Below, one piece after another: positions 26,327 through 39,569 of a stretch of DNA of 64,000 bases. This DNA comes from Camelus ferus (taxonomy: Eukaryota): NCBI RefSeq assembly GCF_009834535.1, contig NC_045698.1, positions 61,442,001-61,506,000 of the forward strand. The letters are read 5' to 3'. The notes beneath the pieces were generated by a model. The model made no database searches. It saw only the letters and a list, made by a program, of their open reading frames with translations, and had not been told where the DNA came from. Made by a program: the position numbers and the translations under genes. How positions within the stretch are numbered: the stretch's first letter is position 1; every line of letters begins with the position of its first letter.

Positions 26327-26628
26327 GCAGTTCATTCTATAGATAGACTATCCCAACGTCATGAGTCAGCCACTTGGCACTCCCTGAATCATGGGAACCT
26401 CTCACAGACCAACCTGAACTGGAGGATAGGGTGCCAGACAAAGAGCAACACATATTCACTACAACAGACATCAAAAACATTTATTTTATGTGAGAAAGAC
26501 ATCACCTTAAGAGCAAACTTTTATGTAAAAGAAAGATATCACCTTAAAAATGCTTATAGGGGAAAAAAAAATAGTCTCTAATATTAACTTCATTTTCCTG
26601 GCATTAGAAAAAGGTTTTTCTAGGTAAC

Positions 26629-28715
26629 TGTTTTAGTTATCTATTGCTATGTAATAAATTGTTCCAAAATTTTAGTGGCTTAAAACAACAAGAATAATTT
26701 AATTTTTTATTCTTATGATTCTGGGGTTAATTGGGCTCATGTAAGTGGTTCCTACTTGGGATTCAATAGTGGTCAGATAGTGACTGGGGCTTGATCATCT
26801 CCAAGCTCACTTCCTCATGTGTCTAGAGGTACTTGCTGGCTCTTGGCTGTGACCTCAGCTGGGGCTGTTGACCAGAAAACCTTCATATGGTTGTCAGTAA
26901 GGTCTTTCTTCTTCCTCCTGATGTGGTGACTGATTCCAAGAGGGAGTGTCCCAAGGGGCCCAGGTAGAAACTGTATCACCTTTTATAGGCTATGCACTGA
27001 AATCAGATCACTTCTGCCATAATCATAGACCTGGACAGATTCAAGGAGGAGGGGATATGTACCCTTTCTGTGAGAGGAATTAGCTCTCAAGGTCACATTG
27101 TAAGAAGAGCATCTGTAATGGGACATCTTGTTGTGGTCATGTTGGAGAGTACTACCTGTCACAGTCTACCCTAGGACTATAACAATTTCAGCCCCTCCCT
27201 TGTGCAAAATACACTTATTCTGTCCCCTTCCCCTGAGTCTCATTCTATTAGGCATTTGCTCAAGGTCCAGGATCATGTCATGGAACTCAGGTCCAGGTAC
27301 AGGTGGGGCTTCTTGAATGTGTATCCTTGGGTACATCTCCTTGAGTCCCCTTCCTTTCAATTTGAAGACCCGTGAACTAAAGAGACAGACTCTCTCTCAC
27401 CCACATCCCAATGTACAACTGTGGGATAGTGCCCTGAGGGTAAAACAAGAGGGACAGTCACTGATTTACAGCTTGTTTCTGGAGTCTACATGAGGGCTCA
27501 GTTCACCTGTTGGGCTCTTGTCTCCACCTTCTGGGCTCTTGGTTCTGCCCTGAGTCATCTTTTTTTTTTTTTTTTCCCCAATAAGAAAACCTTAGTTTGC
27601 AAATGAATAGCCTTCTTAGCCTGCTTCCTGCCTGTAAAATGGTAGGGGTTCAAAAGTCCTTTTTATTTAGTATTTGTCTGTCTAAGACGGCAGTGGTTCC
27701 ACCAGAATAATTCTATTAAAAACATTGTGTTTGTGTATGTGTAAATGTATCACTTTATCATTCTATTTCTTCAAGATAAGCCCTTCTATACCTTGGGTTT
27801 ATGTGACGCAAGTGTGGGATGACATCCTTAAGATTTTTAAAGGCCCAATTATTTAACTGAGAGGATCTGCAAAGCATGCTCTCAAGATCCTTAAAAAGCT
27901 TTTGGTCTGATTGAGAAGGGCTATGAGGTACCATTTTAAATCTTTCTAAAATCTTATCAAAGAATTTTAGTCATGCCCTCAGTTTCATTTTTAGACCATG
28001 TTTTCCTGATAGTGCACTGGATTTCATCTCTGCTCAGAAGCAACTTTTAATTTTAGAATCATTTGCCATCTAGAGAGGCTGGGAATAAGAATTAGTTTTA
28101 TTTTCAAACCCAGCAAGTCTTGGCGCCTCTATCTTAACAGTTCATTCTTTAGCTTATCTCTTTCTTTTTTCATTTTATCATTGGCAGTGAGAAGAAGCCA
28201 GGTGGTGACTTCAATATTCTTCCTGAAAAGCTCCTTAGCTAGATCTTCAAGTTCACTAGGTACACTTTGTGTTTTTCCCCTTACCCCAGGCAACAGTGTT
28301 GCCCAGCTTTGTGCCTCTTCGTGACAAGCGCACCCTTTCCTTCTGCTTCTAGTGACATTTGCTTACTTTGCTTGAGCCTTCAGTTTCCATTAATGCTTTC
28401 CTGGAGGTTCTTTAGTTTTCCACTAACAGTCCCCTCAGTGTTCTCCCACTTTCTGCTCACAACCTGGTCTCACAGACAATGCTATATATCCTAGGATTTT
28501 GTTGTGACAACAACATCCCAGTTCCTGGAGCCAGAATCCTTCTTAATTATCTACTGTTATGAAACATACCACTCCAAGGCATAATGTCTTAAAACAACCA
28601 CAGTCTGTTTATTCTCACCTCCAGTGGTTCTAGGGTGGACTGGGCCTAGTTAGGCATTTCTCACTTGAGTTCCATCTAGTCATGGCCGTCAGAGGGTGGC
28701 TAGGGCTGGGACTTT
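26629..28715 (-). mobile_element. Two-LTR MaLR (MLT1) proviral remnant: LTR 26629-27163, internal 27164-28538, partial LTR 28539-28715
   Basis: Both LTRs begin with related t(g)ttt(t)agttatcta(t)tg(c)tatg...cttaaaacaac; the internal 5' end on the minus strand resembles the MLT1-int start. Confidence 0.8.
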
Positions 28716-29169
28716 GTGGCCATGTTGAAAAATGCAACCTGATGTAGTAGCTATGTTGGAATAGTTTAAAATTTAAATCCTATACAGAAACCCTCACTGA
28801 CTAATTAAAGCAGGAAAGAAATCAGAAAAGAACTTATTGAAAGTTTATGGTGTAAATTATAGTACTTACAGAATGGCATGGAAAACCAGTCTCAGAAAAT
28901 TCGTACCGGAAAGCCTGTAACAAGTAACAAGGTTGCCCTGGATGGAGGATGGAAGAGGAAGGGCTCGTGATCATCTGAGGAGCAGAATCTCCCTGGCCTC
29001 CCACCTTGAAATATGGAGGCGATGGGAGGATGTGCCTACTTTGGGAAGGGCTTAATGTATATTAGTAATGTCATGATTTCCTTGTATTTACATTTTGATT
29101 TTGCTCTCCTTTCATTGTAATAACCACCCTATTATGTCCCACTGTTAAAATCTACTCATCCTGAAAAAG

Positions 29170-29430
29170 TCAGCTCAAATGCCCGTATTCCCTAATGCTT
29201 TGCATTGTTGGTCAAGCAGAATTGATTTCTCTCTTCAAACTCATAGTGCAGTTTTCTCTTCTCTTGTGAAGCTTATTGCAGGATGTTTAGTATTAAAGTA
29301 TGTGTCAAATTGCCTTATCAGGCTAACCAGATACAAGTTTCTTGAGAGCAAAGACCTTGGCTTAGTTTTCTTTGTATCCCTGGGGTATCTCAAAGCAACA
29401 TGTACTCAGACATATTTCTTGAATGAATGA
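29170..29430 (+). mobile_element. L2 3' end
   Basis: cttgagagcaaagacc...tttgtatccc...atatttcttgaatgaatga. Confidence 0.8.
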
Positions 29431-30010
29431 GGTTAGGGACCAAGTTAGAGATTTTGCAAATAGCTTAGTGATAAGTTCTACACTAATATTTCTGTTTTAT
29501 TGATTAAAAACCCAAAAAGGTGATTCTCTTCCCTCAATGTGTCATTAATAAAAAGGTTTCAGAAGATCAGTCATAGGCAGATAGGCAGAAGCTTTTTTTT
29601 TAAATTAAAAAATACTTTGATTTGAGATAAATGATTGGTATTACCTTAGAATATTGAATAAGATGAAATAGCAAAAATCTCTCCAAATAATTAGTTTCCT
29701 TATCAATAATTTTAATCAGTGACTCAAAGTGATTTTTGTTTTAATTATTAGGTAAGTGCTTTCAGTGGATTGCAAATAGTTTCGCTGTTAGAACAGATAC
29801 CCTTTTTTTCTTCAGTTAAATGTGGATATGCTTGTAACTTTTAGATTGATTAAATTATTATGGTTGAGAACCTCTATTTTTACTTTTATGCTGCTATTTT
29901 AATGCTCAGCCAAGACAGAAAAGTGAACATGTACAAAATCAGATTTCAACTAAATAAAAATGTGTGTACAATGGAAGCTTATACAGTTGAAAATAAAGCT
30001 TCTATAAGAG

Positions 30011-30538
30011 TGTGGTAACTAGCCTTCAAAGTGGTCCTTAACTATCACGTCTAATATTGAAGCCATGGTGTAGTCCCCTTCTGTCTGTGCCAGGATGGGT
30101 TTGTATGACCATAAGAATATGGCAGAAGTGATGGCGTGTGACTTCCCAGGGTAGGTCATCAAAGACAGTGCCTCTTCTGCCTTGCTCTCTTGGATCAATC
30201 ATTGGGGAATCCACCTCTCATGTCATGAGGACATTCAAGGAGCTTTCTAGAGTTTCACATTAAAGGGATGATACCTCTTGCCAAAAGAGTCAGCATCAAC
30301 TTGCCAGTCACATGAGTGAGCCATCTTGGAAGTAGTTCCTCCAGCCACAGTCCAATCTTAAGATGACTGCAGCTCTGGTACCTCATCTGCAACCTTGTGA
30401 GAGATCCTGAGCTGTCACTGCCCAACCAAACCACTTCTGGTTTCCTGACCCACAGGAATCTTGAGATAAAGATGTTATTATTCTTCTAAGCTATTATGTT
30501 TTGGTGGTAATTTGTTACACAGCATATAGCTAATAAGA
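30011..30538 (+). mobile_element. MLT1E/F-like MaLR solo LTR
   Basis: tgtggtaactagccttcaaagtgg...ggcagaagtgatggcgtgtgacttcc...ggtaatttgttacacagc. Confidence 0.88.
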
Positions 30539-31887
30539 AGAGGTGTTCATTAAATGTACAATATGCAAATACCAGGCAAATACTTGTGAAGAGATGAGAA
30601 CAGTGTAGAGATTTCTTTAATTAGATAACCATAAAGCTCACAGTACAGATATTTTTCTAGTAAGTAGTGTAGTTGTCAAGAACTAAGTAGAAAATGTGTT
30701 GGACATAGATTTGGCAAGGAAATTATTGTTTTTTGCTGTATGATGACTTGAAGATGGGTACCATACTGTACATATGTTCAACTGTGACAGCTAAAGTTAT
30801 TTCTCCATTAGACTTTTGCAACAGGTTCTACCAATATATATTAAGCATATAGCTCTATCAGTAAGAAACATATGTCCATTTGTAGACAAAAATATTTCTG
30901 AAGAATATCATCTTATTATCTTTGAAAGTTCAACATCATAGCAAATGATGCATGGGTTTTGTGACATTACTAGATGACTTTCCATATGGGGAGCAGAGAC
31001 TGCACACACGTGGTAATGCATGCATCACCACATATTCACTAATGAAGCAAGGTAAAGAAATAGAAAAGCTTTTCATGCCTTCAAACACGCAGCTGGTGTG
31101 TGATGCCAGATGTAAAATCATTACTGTTCTTGCCAAGTTCTCAGGATCATGTCATGATTTATTTAAACTCAGACAGTCAAGAATAGGTTGATTTAAAAAA
31201 AAAAAAGTCAAATTCAAGGAGACTGATTAGTAGGTGAATAGGAATATATCTTTTAAAATAAAATACTGGGCTGTGCATTAAATATGAAATGCTTATTTAC
31301 ATCTTTCATTCTTTCTTTGTAGGTTATGGTGGTTTTCCTCTGAAGAAAGAGTTAATGACTACTTTCTATCCCTCAACTCCTATGAAATTACTTTATAATG
31401 AGGCACATAAATTCACTAGAGCTGTAATTGAAAAAAAAATACTATGTGATTTTGAAACAAATGTTACAGATGCCTATCCAAATGTATAGTAGATGGCATG
31501 TCTTCTTTTAATAGTCTCAAGCATTTCCTTTGATACGTTGTAATTTATGATTAGAATTGATTATAATAGAGACCAAACTGTAGGGTTTCTTCCAGAGGGA
31601 TTAGCGCCACCATCTGCAGGAGCAGGGCATGAAGCACTACAAGAGTTAGAGATTTTCCCCCCTCAGAGGAAACTTTTTATCTGGTAATAGGAACCCCGAG
31701 GGGCATTCTGGGTGACCTGTCACCATCAGGGGCAGTTGTTATCTAGAACTACTGGAAAAGGGAACTAAGTTTTATGGAGCTTTTGCCATGCTCCAGGCAC
31801 TCTAATATCGCACTCAATTCTCAAAACAACCATGTGTTTCAGTAGCACAACTTCCTTTTCTTCTTACCATAGATCTCTAGTGGACAG

Positions 31888-32030
31888 TTTTTTTTTTAAC
31901 TGTGACAAAATCTACATAACATAAAATTTACAGTTTTAATCATTTTTAAGGGTGCAATTCTGTCAGTTCAGTGGCATTAAGTGCATTCATGTTGTTGTGT
32001 AACTGTCACCACCATCCAGCCCCAGAACTC
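31888..32030 (-). mobile_element. L1MB-type 3' end
   Basis: Poly-T then aactgtgacaaaatctacataacataaaatttac...cagtggcattaagtgcattcatgttgttgtg. Confidence 0.8.
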
Positions 32031-32499
32031 CATGACTGGCATTTTTAATCATGCAACCCTTCTTGTAAATCAAGGAGCTTTAATCTCTTAAGGAAAAATT
32101 ATCCAGAAAAAGGAACAATTGTAGAAACTAAATTAATATATTTTATGTTTATTTAACCTTATAGCAACTTAATATATATTTTGGTACCTCCAAGAAACAA
32201 GATCTCATACTAGGCTGTTCAGAGGATATACAGACTTAACAAGATCAAAGCCCCAGCTCTCTAGTGGTGACTGGAATTCTATAGTCTAGCCTTGATTCCT
32301 TTAGGAAACTCATTCATTTAACAAATCTAGAATATCTTCTCCACGCTGGGAGCTCTCCTTGGCCCTGATGTCTAGTGGAACATAGTTACAGGCCCCTTGG
32401 AATTACATTTAAATCATCATCAAGGTGGCCCCCATCTGTTCCTCTTCAGCTTGTGGGGAGGAATTTGGAGGGGCAACCCCCAAATGATGCAGGAGTAAC

Positions 32500-32700
32500 A
32501 GCAGCCTTTTATTGTATGTTTATTTATCCAAAGCACTTTATGACTAGGTATCAACTTACTGAATTCCTGCAATGACCCTAAAAAGTAGATACATTTATCA
32601 TTTTTATTTTAGAGATGAGGCATCTTAAACAAACACATGTTAGGTAAGTCGTATAGTCACACCATGGTAGGACTGGGGTCTAAGGACTGGGGTCTATCCT
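32500..32700 (-). mobile_element. MIR SINE
   Basis: aagcacttta...tttattttagagatgagg...ggtaggactgggg. Confidence 0.6.
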
Positions 32701-33087
32701 AGAAGCTGCATGTTTAACTCTACCTCACACTGCCTCTGTTATGTGGGTGGACATAGGACATTCATGGAGTTCCTTCTAAATCAATCATTCAAAATCAGTC
32801 ATTCTTCATGGGAGGAGTGTGGAGGAAGGGGCACACCAAGGCCAGGAGGGTTACTGTAGGGAGGCCCCCTCCATCTAGAAAGATTTCCTTCCACAAAGCA
32901 ACACTACTAGCCCAAAGATCCTTTGTAAAAATCAGAAACAGGTAAACCTTCCTCCAGAAAGATTTTGATTAAAAAAACTTTCTGCTGGGAAATTTTCAAT
33001 TAAAAATAAATACATTTATGATAACTTTGATGTGGGTGCATTACATAACTGGCACAACCGTATCTGGCAGCTCTGCCCCCAACACCC

Positions 33088-33479
33088 TGTTGTGGGCTGA
33101 ATTGTGTCCCCCTCCCTCCAAATTTATCTGTTGAAATCCCATCCCCCCATGCCTCAGAATATAGCTGTATTTGAAAGTAAGGTTTTCAAAGAGGTGATTA
33201 AGTTAAAATGAGGCCTTTAGGATGCAGCCCTAATCCAGCATGACTGGTGTCCTTGCAGGAAGAGGAGGTGATATAGGAGCGGTGCGCATAGGGGAAACCA
33301 TGCCAAGAGGCAGCAGGAGGGCGGCCATCTGCATTCCAAGGAGAGAAGCCTCAGAGGAAACCAATTCTGCTGGCACCTTGAACTTAGATTTCCAGCCACT
33401 GGAAGTGTGAGAAAAAATTCTGTTGTTTAAGCCACCAGTCTGTGGTGCTTTGTTATGGCACATCCAGAAAACTAATACG
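33088..33479 (+). mobile_element. MLT1A0-like MaLR solo LTR
   Basis: tgttgtgggctgaattgtgtcccc...gaagcctcagaggaaaccaattctgctggcaccttg...aaactaatac. Confidence 0.9.
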
Positions 33480-33542
33480 TACCTTTAACATTTTCAACTT
33501 ACTAAGTTAAAGCATGGGAATGGATATGCCATGATGGGCACT

Positions 33543-33592
33543 GAGAGATAGAGATAGAGACAGAGATAGAGATAGAGAGAGAGAGAGAGAGA
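33543..33592. repeat. (GAGATA)n/(GA)n compound microsatellite
   Basis: gagagatagagatagagacagagatagagatagagagagagagagagaga. Confidence 0.93.
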
Positions 33593-33659
33593 AGGTAGAA
33601 AACCCTCAGCATCTTAAAAGTTTGATGTTCTGAATTCTTTACCTGATACTACATTACCT

Positions 33660-33840
33660 CCCTTTTGTAGCATCAGTTACATTATATTTATAAATTTATT
33701 TGTGTACTTATTTGAATAATTTTTTCCCCACTATTATTTATGCTCCAAGAGACGAGATCTTCCTTGTGTCCTCAGTACCTACAGAGTAAATGGCATACAC
33801 TAAGTGATCAGTAAATATTTGTTGGATGAAAGAATGAAGA
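33660..33840 (+). mobile_element. L2 3' end
   Basis: cagtacctacagagtaaatggcatacactaagtgatcagtaaatatttgttggatgaa. Confidence 0.7.
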
Positions 33841-34644
33841 AAGGAAGAAGTGTATCTCTGAACTTGTGAATGTTTTCAATCAGGTTATTACCTGATTAAC
33901 AGCAATATAGACATCCAAGAAAAATGAAAATATAATAATTATACAGAATCATAATACATTTTTCCAGTTAAAATGACTAAAGTATACCCAGAAGTAAAAC
34001 ATGGCTTCATTAGAGTACTTTTGTTTAAAAGATTTATTTTTATTTGATGACATACAAACCTGAGGTCTGGACCACTTTCTGTCATTAGAAGTCCCATGAC
34101 TTTTCTTAATGCACCAGGTTCAATATGCCAGCCAAATTCTAGTAATTATGTGTTTCCTTTGTAGAATTCCCAAAGAGTGTGGATTCGGAAGATAATTCTT
34201 TTCTTTCCCCTGTTGACCATTATGGCCATTTATTGAAACCACCAACGTGTGATGCAGCTGGTGGAAAATATCAACTTGGGCCACAGCCATAGTTACGTTC
34301 TTCGGCTCAGCAAACCTCCACAAGATAATGAAACAATTATTTGATTTATGATTTGAACTCAAGGGTAGTTTGGCTTGATGGTTAAAATGATGAAGAATAA
34401 AAGAAGAGAGGAATTCTTGAAATTCCAATTGAGTGTCTTTAGCTGGTCTTTTCAAACTCCTATTTACTTATGTACCAGTGCTAAGTATGTTACATTTTTT
34501 ATATCATTTATTTTAATTATTATCCAACCTTGTAAAGTTGGTACAATTATTGGCGCACTTCTTTACATGGAGTGACTAACTGCTGTTGGATAAGCTTAAG
34601 TGACTCACTCAAGGTGACCCAGCTATCACTAGAGTCCAAACTTT

Positions 34645-35120
34645 TTTTTTACTGATTATAAAAATATTACATTTATTATAGGTAATGTATAAAATAGATA
34701 AAGTATTAAGAACAAAATGAAAAATCAACAATAACCCCCAAAGTGAGAAACAACCATAACTGACACTTTGGTGAATTCCTTTCCATTGTTTATTTTCCAT
34801 GATTATATGTGTTTTGTAAAGTGTTATTATAACATTGTGGGTAGTATTTTGTAATCTGTTTCTTAAAACTTTTTTATTACTTCAGTGAACAGATTTCTAC
34901 AGCATCACTTTCAGTGATTACATGCTATTCTGATCTATTAGTGAATTATATTATGTTTTTACCAATCTCTTACTTTTGGGTATTTAGTTTACAGTTACTT
35001 TAAAATATTAAAAATTTAAATATTATGACTCAATCTTTGTACACAAATTTTTTTATATCCATGATTATTTATTTTGGCTATATTTCTAGAGCTAGAATTA
35101 GTGCTTTAAAGGGAAAATAT
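34645..35120 (-). mobile_element. L1ME-type 3' fragment
   Basis: gtgagaaacaaccataactgacactttggtgaattcc...atttctagagctagaatt; boundaries approximate. Confidence 0.6.
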
Positions 35121-36209
35121 TCTTTTTTCATATTAGTTGTATAGTTAGTTGTAATAATATTTTATAATAAAATGTAAATTGTTGAAATTTATAATTTTAT
35201 ATAATTCACATTGTCCATCTCTAAACTCTATAGAAAAATTAATTTTCTCTGAATTCATGGGCTTCTTGGAAGGAAAAGTTCCATTTTTCTCTGTGTTTGC
35301 TTAATCTCCTTGCATGAACAATGTCTTCCCTAAGACCTAGTGAGGAGGCTAAAGAAGACTGCCTCTGTGGCAGGGGTTCCTTCTTTTTTGTACTGATTAT
35401 AAAAATATTACATTTATTATAGGTGATGTATAAAAATAAAGTACTAAGAACAAAATCAACTTGACACAGATGAGAAATGGTTGCAGCAAAGCAAGATGGG
35501 GCAGGAGTACAAATAGGGAAAGTCAGTCTTTGTTCTATTATAAATTAGGGAAAATCATTTTGTTTTTTCCTTTCTTCTATCTGCTACTGTATAATTTTAA
35601 AATACAAGTTTTTTGGTTTTTCTTTTTTTTGATTTCGGGAAGTCAACAGAATTTTTGTTGCTAACCAAAACCTTTCTGTAAGGGAGTAGATTATTATTTT
35701 TGTGTGCTTTTTGATCGTGTATTCTAGTAAATACTCTAGAACTATTTTTTGCTTAGAATGCTATTTGCAGTAGAAACTACCAATTAAAATATTATCCTAC
35801 TTGATTTATTTGACCCAATAAATGATCCTTAAAATATAAAGTTTTAACTCCAAATGATATCTGTGTTTATTATTATTATCAAACATCAGTGTATTAGTAT
35901 TATTGAAGATCAATTGTTTTGCTGGGTTGAAGTGTGCAGTTAAAAAAATTTTTTTTTAAAGAATGATAACTTAGTATGGAATCTATTTCAACTCTCAGAC
36001 TATGAATTGCATAGGCAACACCTTTTTCCATGGAGACTAATGGAGTTTTAGATTTAAAAACTTTTAAAAATACATGCTCCTGGTTCTCAGACCATATTTT
36101 TTGAGTCAGAATATCTGAACAGGCATCACAGGGAACTTGGTGGCATTCCACAGCTTGAAAAGCACTGTTTTAAAAACAGTATATCTGAAACAGTCATTTT
36201 GTTTCTGCA

Positions 36210-36520
36210 TTTCTTCACATAAAATAGTTTCTGAACACTCAGTCTGGGGAGGGACCATGCCAGGCACTGAGGGGCATAAGAAGACAAATAAGACACAGTC
36301 CTTCCTTATAAGAGCAGAGAGCTTGGTGGGGAAAGAAGATCCTTGTATAAAAACAACAAGTACAGTACAAAGCAATATGTTTTCCTATAAAATCAAGGCA
36401 ACTGAAGGCTCTTAAGAGAGAGCAGGAAAAACTTCTGATTGAGGGGTGGTCTGTGGGAAAGTGAAATGAAACTTAAAGGTGTAGAGGACATCTAAGATGA
36501 TGCCAAAACACGGGTGTGTG
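36210..36520 (-). mobile_element. L2 fragment
   Basis: catgccaggcactgaggggcataagaagacaaataagacacagtcc. Confidence 0.7.
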
Positions 36521-36734
36521 TACTGGGGGGAGAAGTGGTTGGATTGGGCCAGGGCCGGGGAGATTGTCCTTTAGGGAAAGGAAATGCAGGAGTTAGGGCA
36601 ATGGAGTGTCATGGGGAGGAGGGTTATAGTCAGCTTGGCTGGTGCCCAGAAAGATAGGAGAAGGTAAGACTGACATGTAGTTTGGGGTAGCTCCAGATAT
36701 CTCAGAATAGCAGACAAGGGAAAAGTCACAAAAT

Positions 36735-36802
36735 GCACACACACACACACACACACACAGACACACACACACACAGACACACACACACACAGACACACAC
36801 AC
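36735..36802. repeat. (CA)n microsatellite with periodic GA interruptions
   Basis: Seen directly. Confidence 0.96.
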
Positions 36803-36814
36803 AAGCTCTAGTCC

Positions 36815-37270
36815 ATTCATTCAACATTCAGTTACTATATGCCTAGGCATTGGTCAACCTGTTGCTATTTTAAGACCAATCAGTTCTTAGTACTTGGAAT
36901 TCTAAAGAGAGCTTATCTTTCCCTTAGATTCTTTGTATACTCAGAAGACATCAGAGTTCCTAGTAATTTACAAAATATTTCTGATAAAAATAGCGACCCA
37001 ATCAAGGCAGAGTTCAAACTCAAAGCTGAAGCGACCTGCCAGATGGATTGTTTGGAAGAGTCAAGAGGCTGTATAGTCAGGGAGCCAAGTGTGAGGTCAA
37101 ACCCAAATTAGAGTTGAAACAATGGGAAAAGACAGCAGCAGAGAGTTGCAAAAAAGTGCTGAAGAAAAAACTGTTCCAACTTAGTGTTTAATTAGATCTG
37201 ATGGGGGTGGGTGAGGAATGAGGCAAGATGACTCATGTTGGAGCTGGAGAGAACAAGTGTGCCCTTAACA
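36815..37270 (-). mobile_element. L2 fragment
   Basis: Begins cattcattcaacattc...tatatgcctaggcattg; degenerate body. Confidence 0.5.
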
Positions 37271-39569
37271 AACAAGGAAGTCAGCAAAAACTGTTTCTTG
37301 GGGAAGTTTAATTTTAGAAATTTTAAGTTTGAGGTGCTTTCTGGGTATCCAGATTTAACCCTTTTATTGGATCTTTTATTGCAAGGGATAACAGGCAGTT
37401 CTATTCCATTACCAGAGTGTCCTGCTGTTAACCAGATCGCTTACCTTACTTTTCTCTGTGGATTCCATACCCTTCCCACCAGGGTTCTTTAAATCCTTCT
37501 GGCACAGAAAATATCAGGTCTTTTTTGTAAGTTGTTGGATTCAAGAGACTGGAGAATCTGCAAGACAAGTAAACGTTTTTCCTTGTTAATATTAATTACT
37601 TCCCATGATAAAATGTCAAGGGCAACCCATGATGGTTCTTTTCACTAGACCTTACTAAAGATGCCTTCCAAACTAGCAATAAAGGCATGAAGAAAGGACA
37701 GAGTGAATCATGGAGAAAGAATATTCCCTCTTACCACTCAAGACAATTGTATAGTTATATGAGTGGGACTGGAACCCTTGGAGAGGTCAGGGTTAGAAAG
37801 AGGTTGATTGATCTGGGAGTTTTCAGATGAATTTGAGTAGGAAAGCAGAGAAGCAGTAGGTTCTCTGAGTAGATGCTTTAGCAAGTTTTGTTTTACAATT
37901 CACATTTTGCTGGTGACTGGCTGTCTTCCAAAATAGATCACACTGTCCTCAGGCACAGTGAGTCATTACATGTTGTTTTCTTTGTCAGTTCTACTCTGCA
38001 CTTGTCCCTTATCAGCTTGCTCTCATCTCTAACCATTTGGCCAATGTTTCTGTCTAAGCATTTCCCCTGTCTCCACTAAGGTCAGAGAAAAGGGAAATAG
38101 ACTAAAACCACCATCCCATAAACGCAGGTTTATGAAGTACGTTGTATGTGCTTTGCTTCATTCTGGGTGTTTCAGTCATATCCTATGAGTGATTGAAGTT
38201 AGATCAAAAAGGCTTACCTTTATATGACAATTGTTAAAAATTGGAATGAATTATCTAGAGAGGTTGTATATTCTAAACGTGGAAGAAATGGTTAGAGTGG
38301 GTACTGCCTGGTAATTGACAATGGAACACAAATTCTAATATGTTCTGGAGATAATATAAATATATTTCAGTGATATTTCTTGCTGACTTGTGGGTCGATT
38401 GTTTTCCACTTACTTCCACACCTGTGTAAGCAGAACCCCTATCACTGAGCTTGTGTCTCTTTTTATGTATGATTACTTTATATCTTCCACATTCTCCATA
38501 TTGGCTTGTATGTTGGCCAATGCAATAGGAAATTCTATTCTTTCCCTTAGAGCTTTTCTTCAGTCATTGTGGGAATAAAGTATGCATTGATTATAATCAA
38601 TTCTGAATCATATTCTTTAAATGAGAATGATAAACAATTTTCTTCCTGTATGCAGTGAATATTATGCAAATGACAAAACTTTTCACTTGCATTAAGAAAG
38701 AGGAAATAATGTCCTACTTCAGCAGGAGGTATTTTTGTTTGGCATAACGAAGACATTTTCAATTTAGGGAATAGCATTAGGTCAAGGTTCAGGGAGGAGG
38801 TCAGTGAAAGACCAGTATAATGTATTTTCTCTTTTTCTGTAGATTTCTCTGAATAGAACAGAAACTGACCTCTACAGGATGTTTGGATTGCAGGTAAGGC
38901 TAATTTGAGGCAAATCTGCTTCACAGTACTGTGGTCTTAGCTCCCCCTGGCTGGAACCCCAGTCCCTGAGTACAGAGTTAGTGCCTGCTTCTCCCATAGC
39001 ACAGTCCCCTCTGAAAGCTCCCACCCTAAGCTGGGACCCTGCTATTTTCCTTGGCAGCTCTGATGGAAGTGGCTGAAGTACCTGGTATGTGCTGGATGTG
39101 GGGGATTATTTGGGGGCAGTATTTCACCTCTTTATTATCTCTTTTCTAACTCCTCTCTTTGGGTGTAGCTGCACTCTAATTATAGCAAAAGCTAAACAAC
39201 ATGAACTTTAGTCCAGGAACTTTGCAGTTCCCCAATTTTTTGAGAGAGAAGAATTTCTCACATCATTTCTTCACTTCCTGGTTTTCATTCTGCTTTGTGG
39301 AATACATCTAGTTAATTGATTCATCATCTCATTATTATTGGCAGGATGGTGGACAGGTAAAATCTTTAAGCTTCTTGAGTATCTGAAAGTTGGCATAACT
39401 ACACTTCAACTCTAGTTTGTTCTGAGGATGAAACAAGATAATTCCTACAACATATATTTGAAAAAAGAATTGATTCAGTTTAATTTGCCACCAGTACTGT
39501 GTATGCTAAATCCATTGTTCATTCTGAATTTCAGAGTTTGGAGAATGGCTCAAATAATTTTATATTAAC

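Noticed and set aside
31606-31620. CTCF-like CCTGCAGATGGTGGC on the minus strand
   Set aside because: Two mismatches including the core C; too weak without binding data
32669-32696. 14-bp tandem duplication AGGACTGGGGTCTA x2
   Set aside because: Ordinary slippage duplication within a MIR
34120-34455. 111-aa minus-strand ORF and an overlapping plus-strand acceptor at 34164 (FPKSVDSEDNSF...)
   Set aside because: No recognisable homology, no matching donor, and no supporting exon structure
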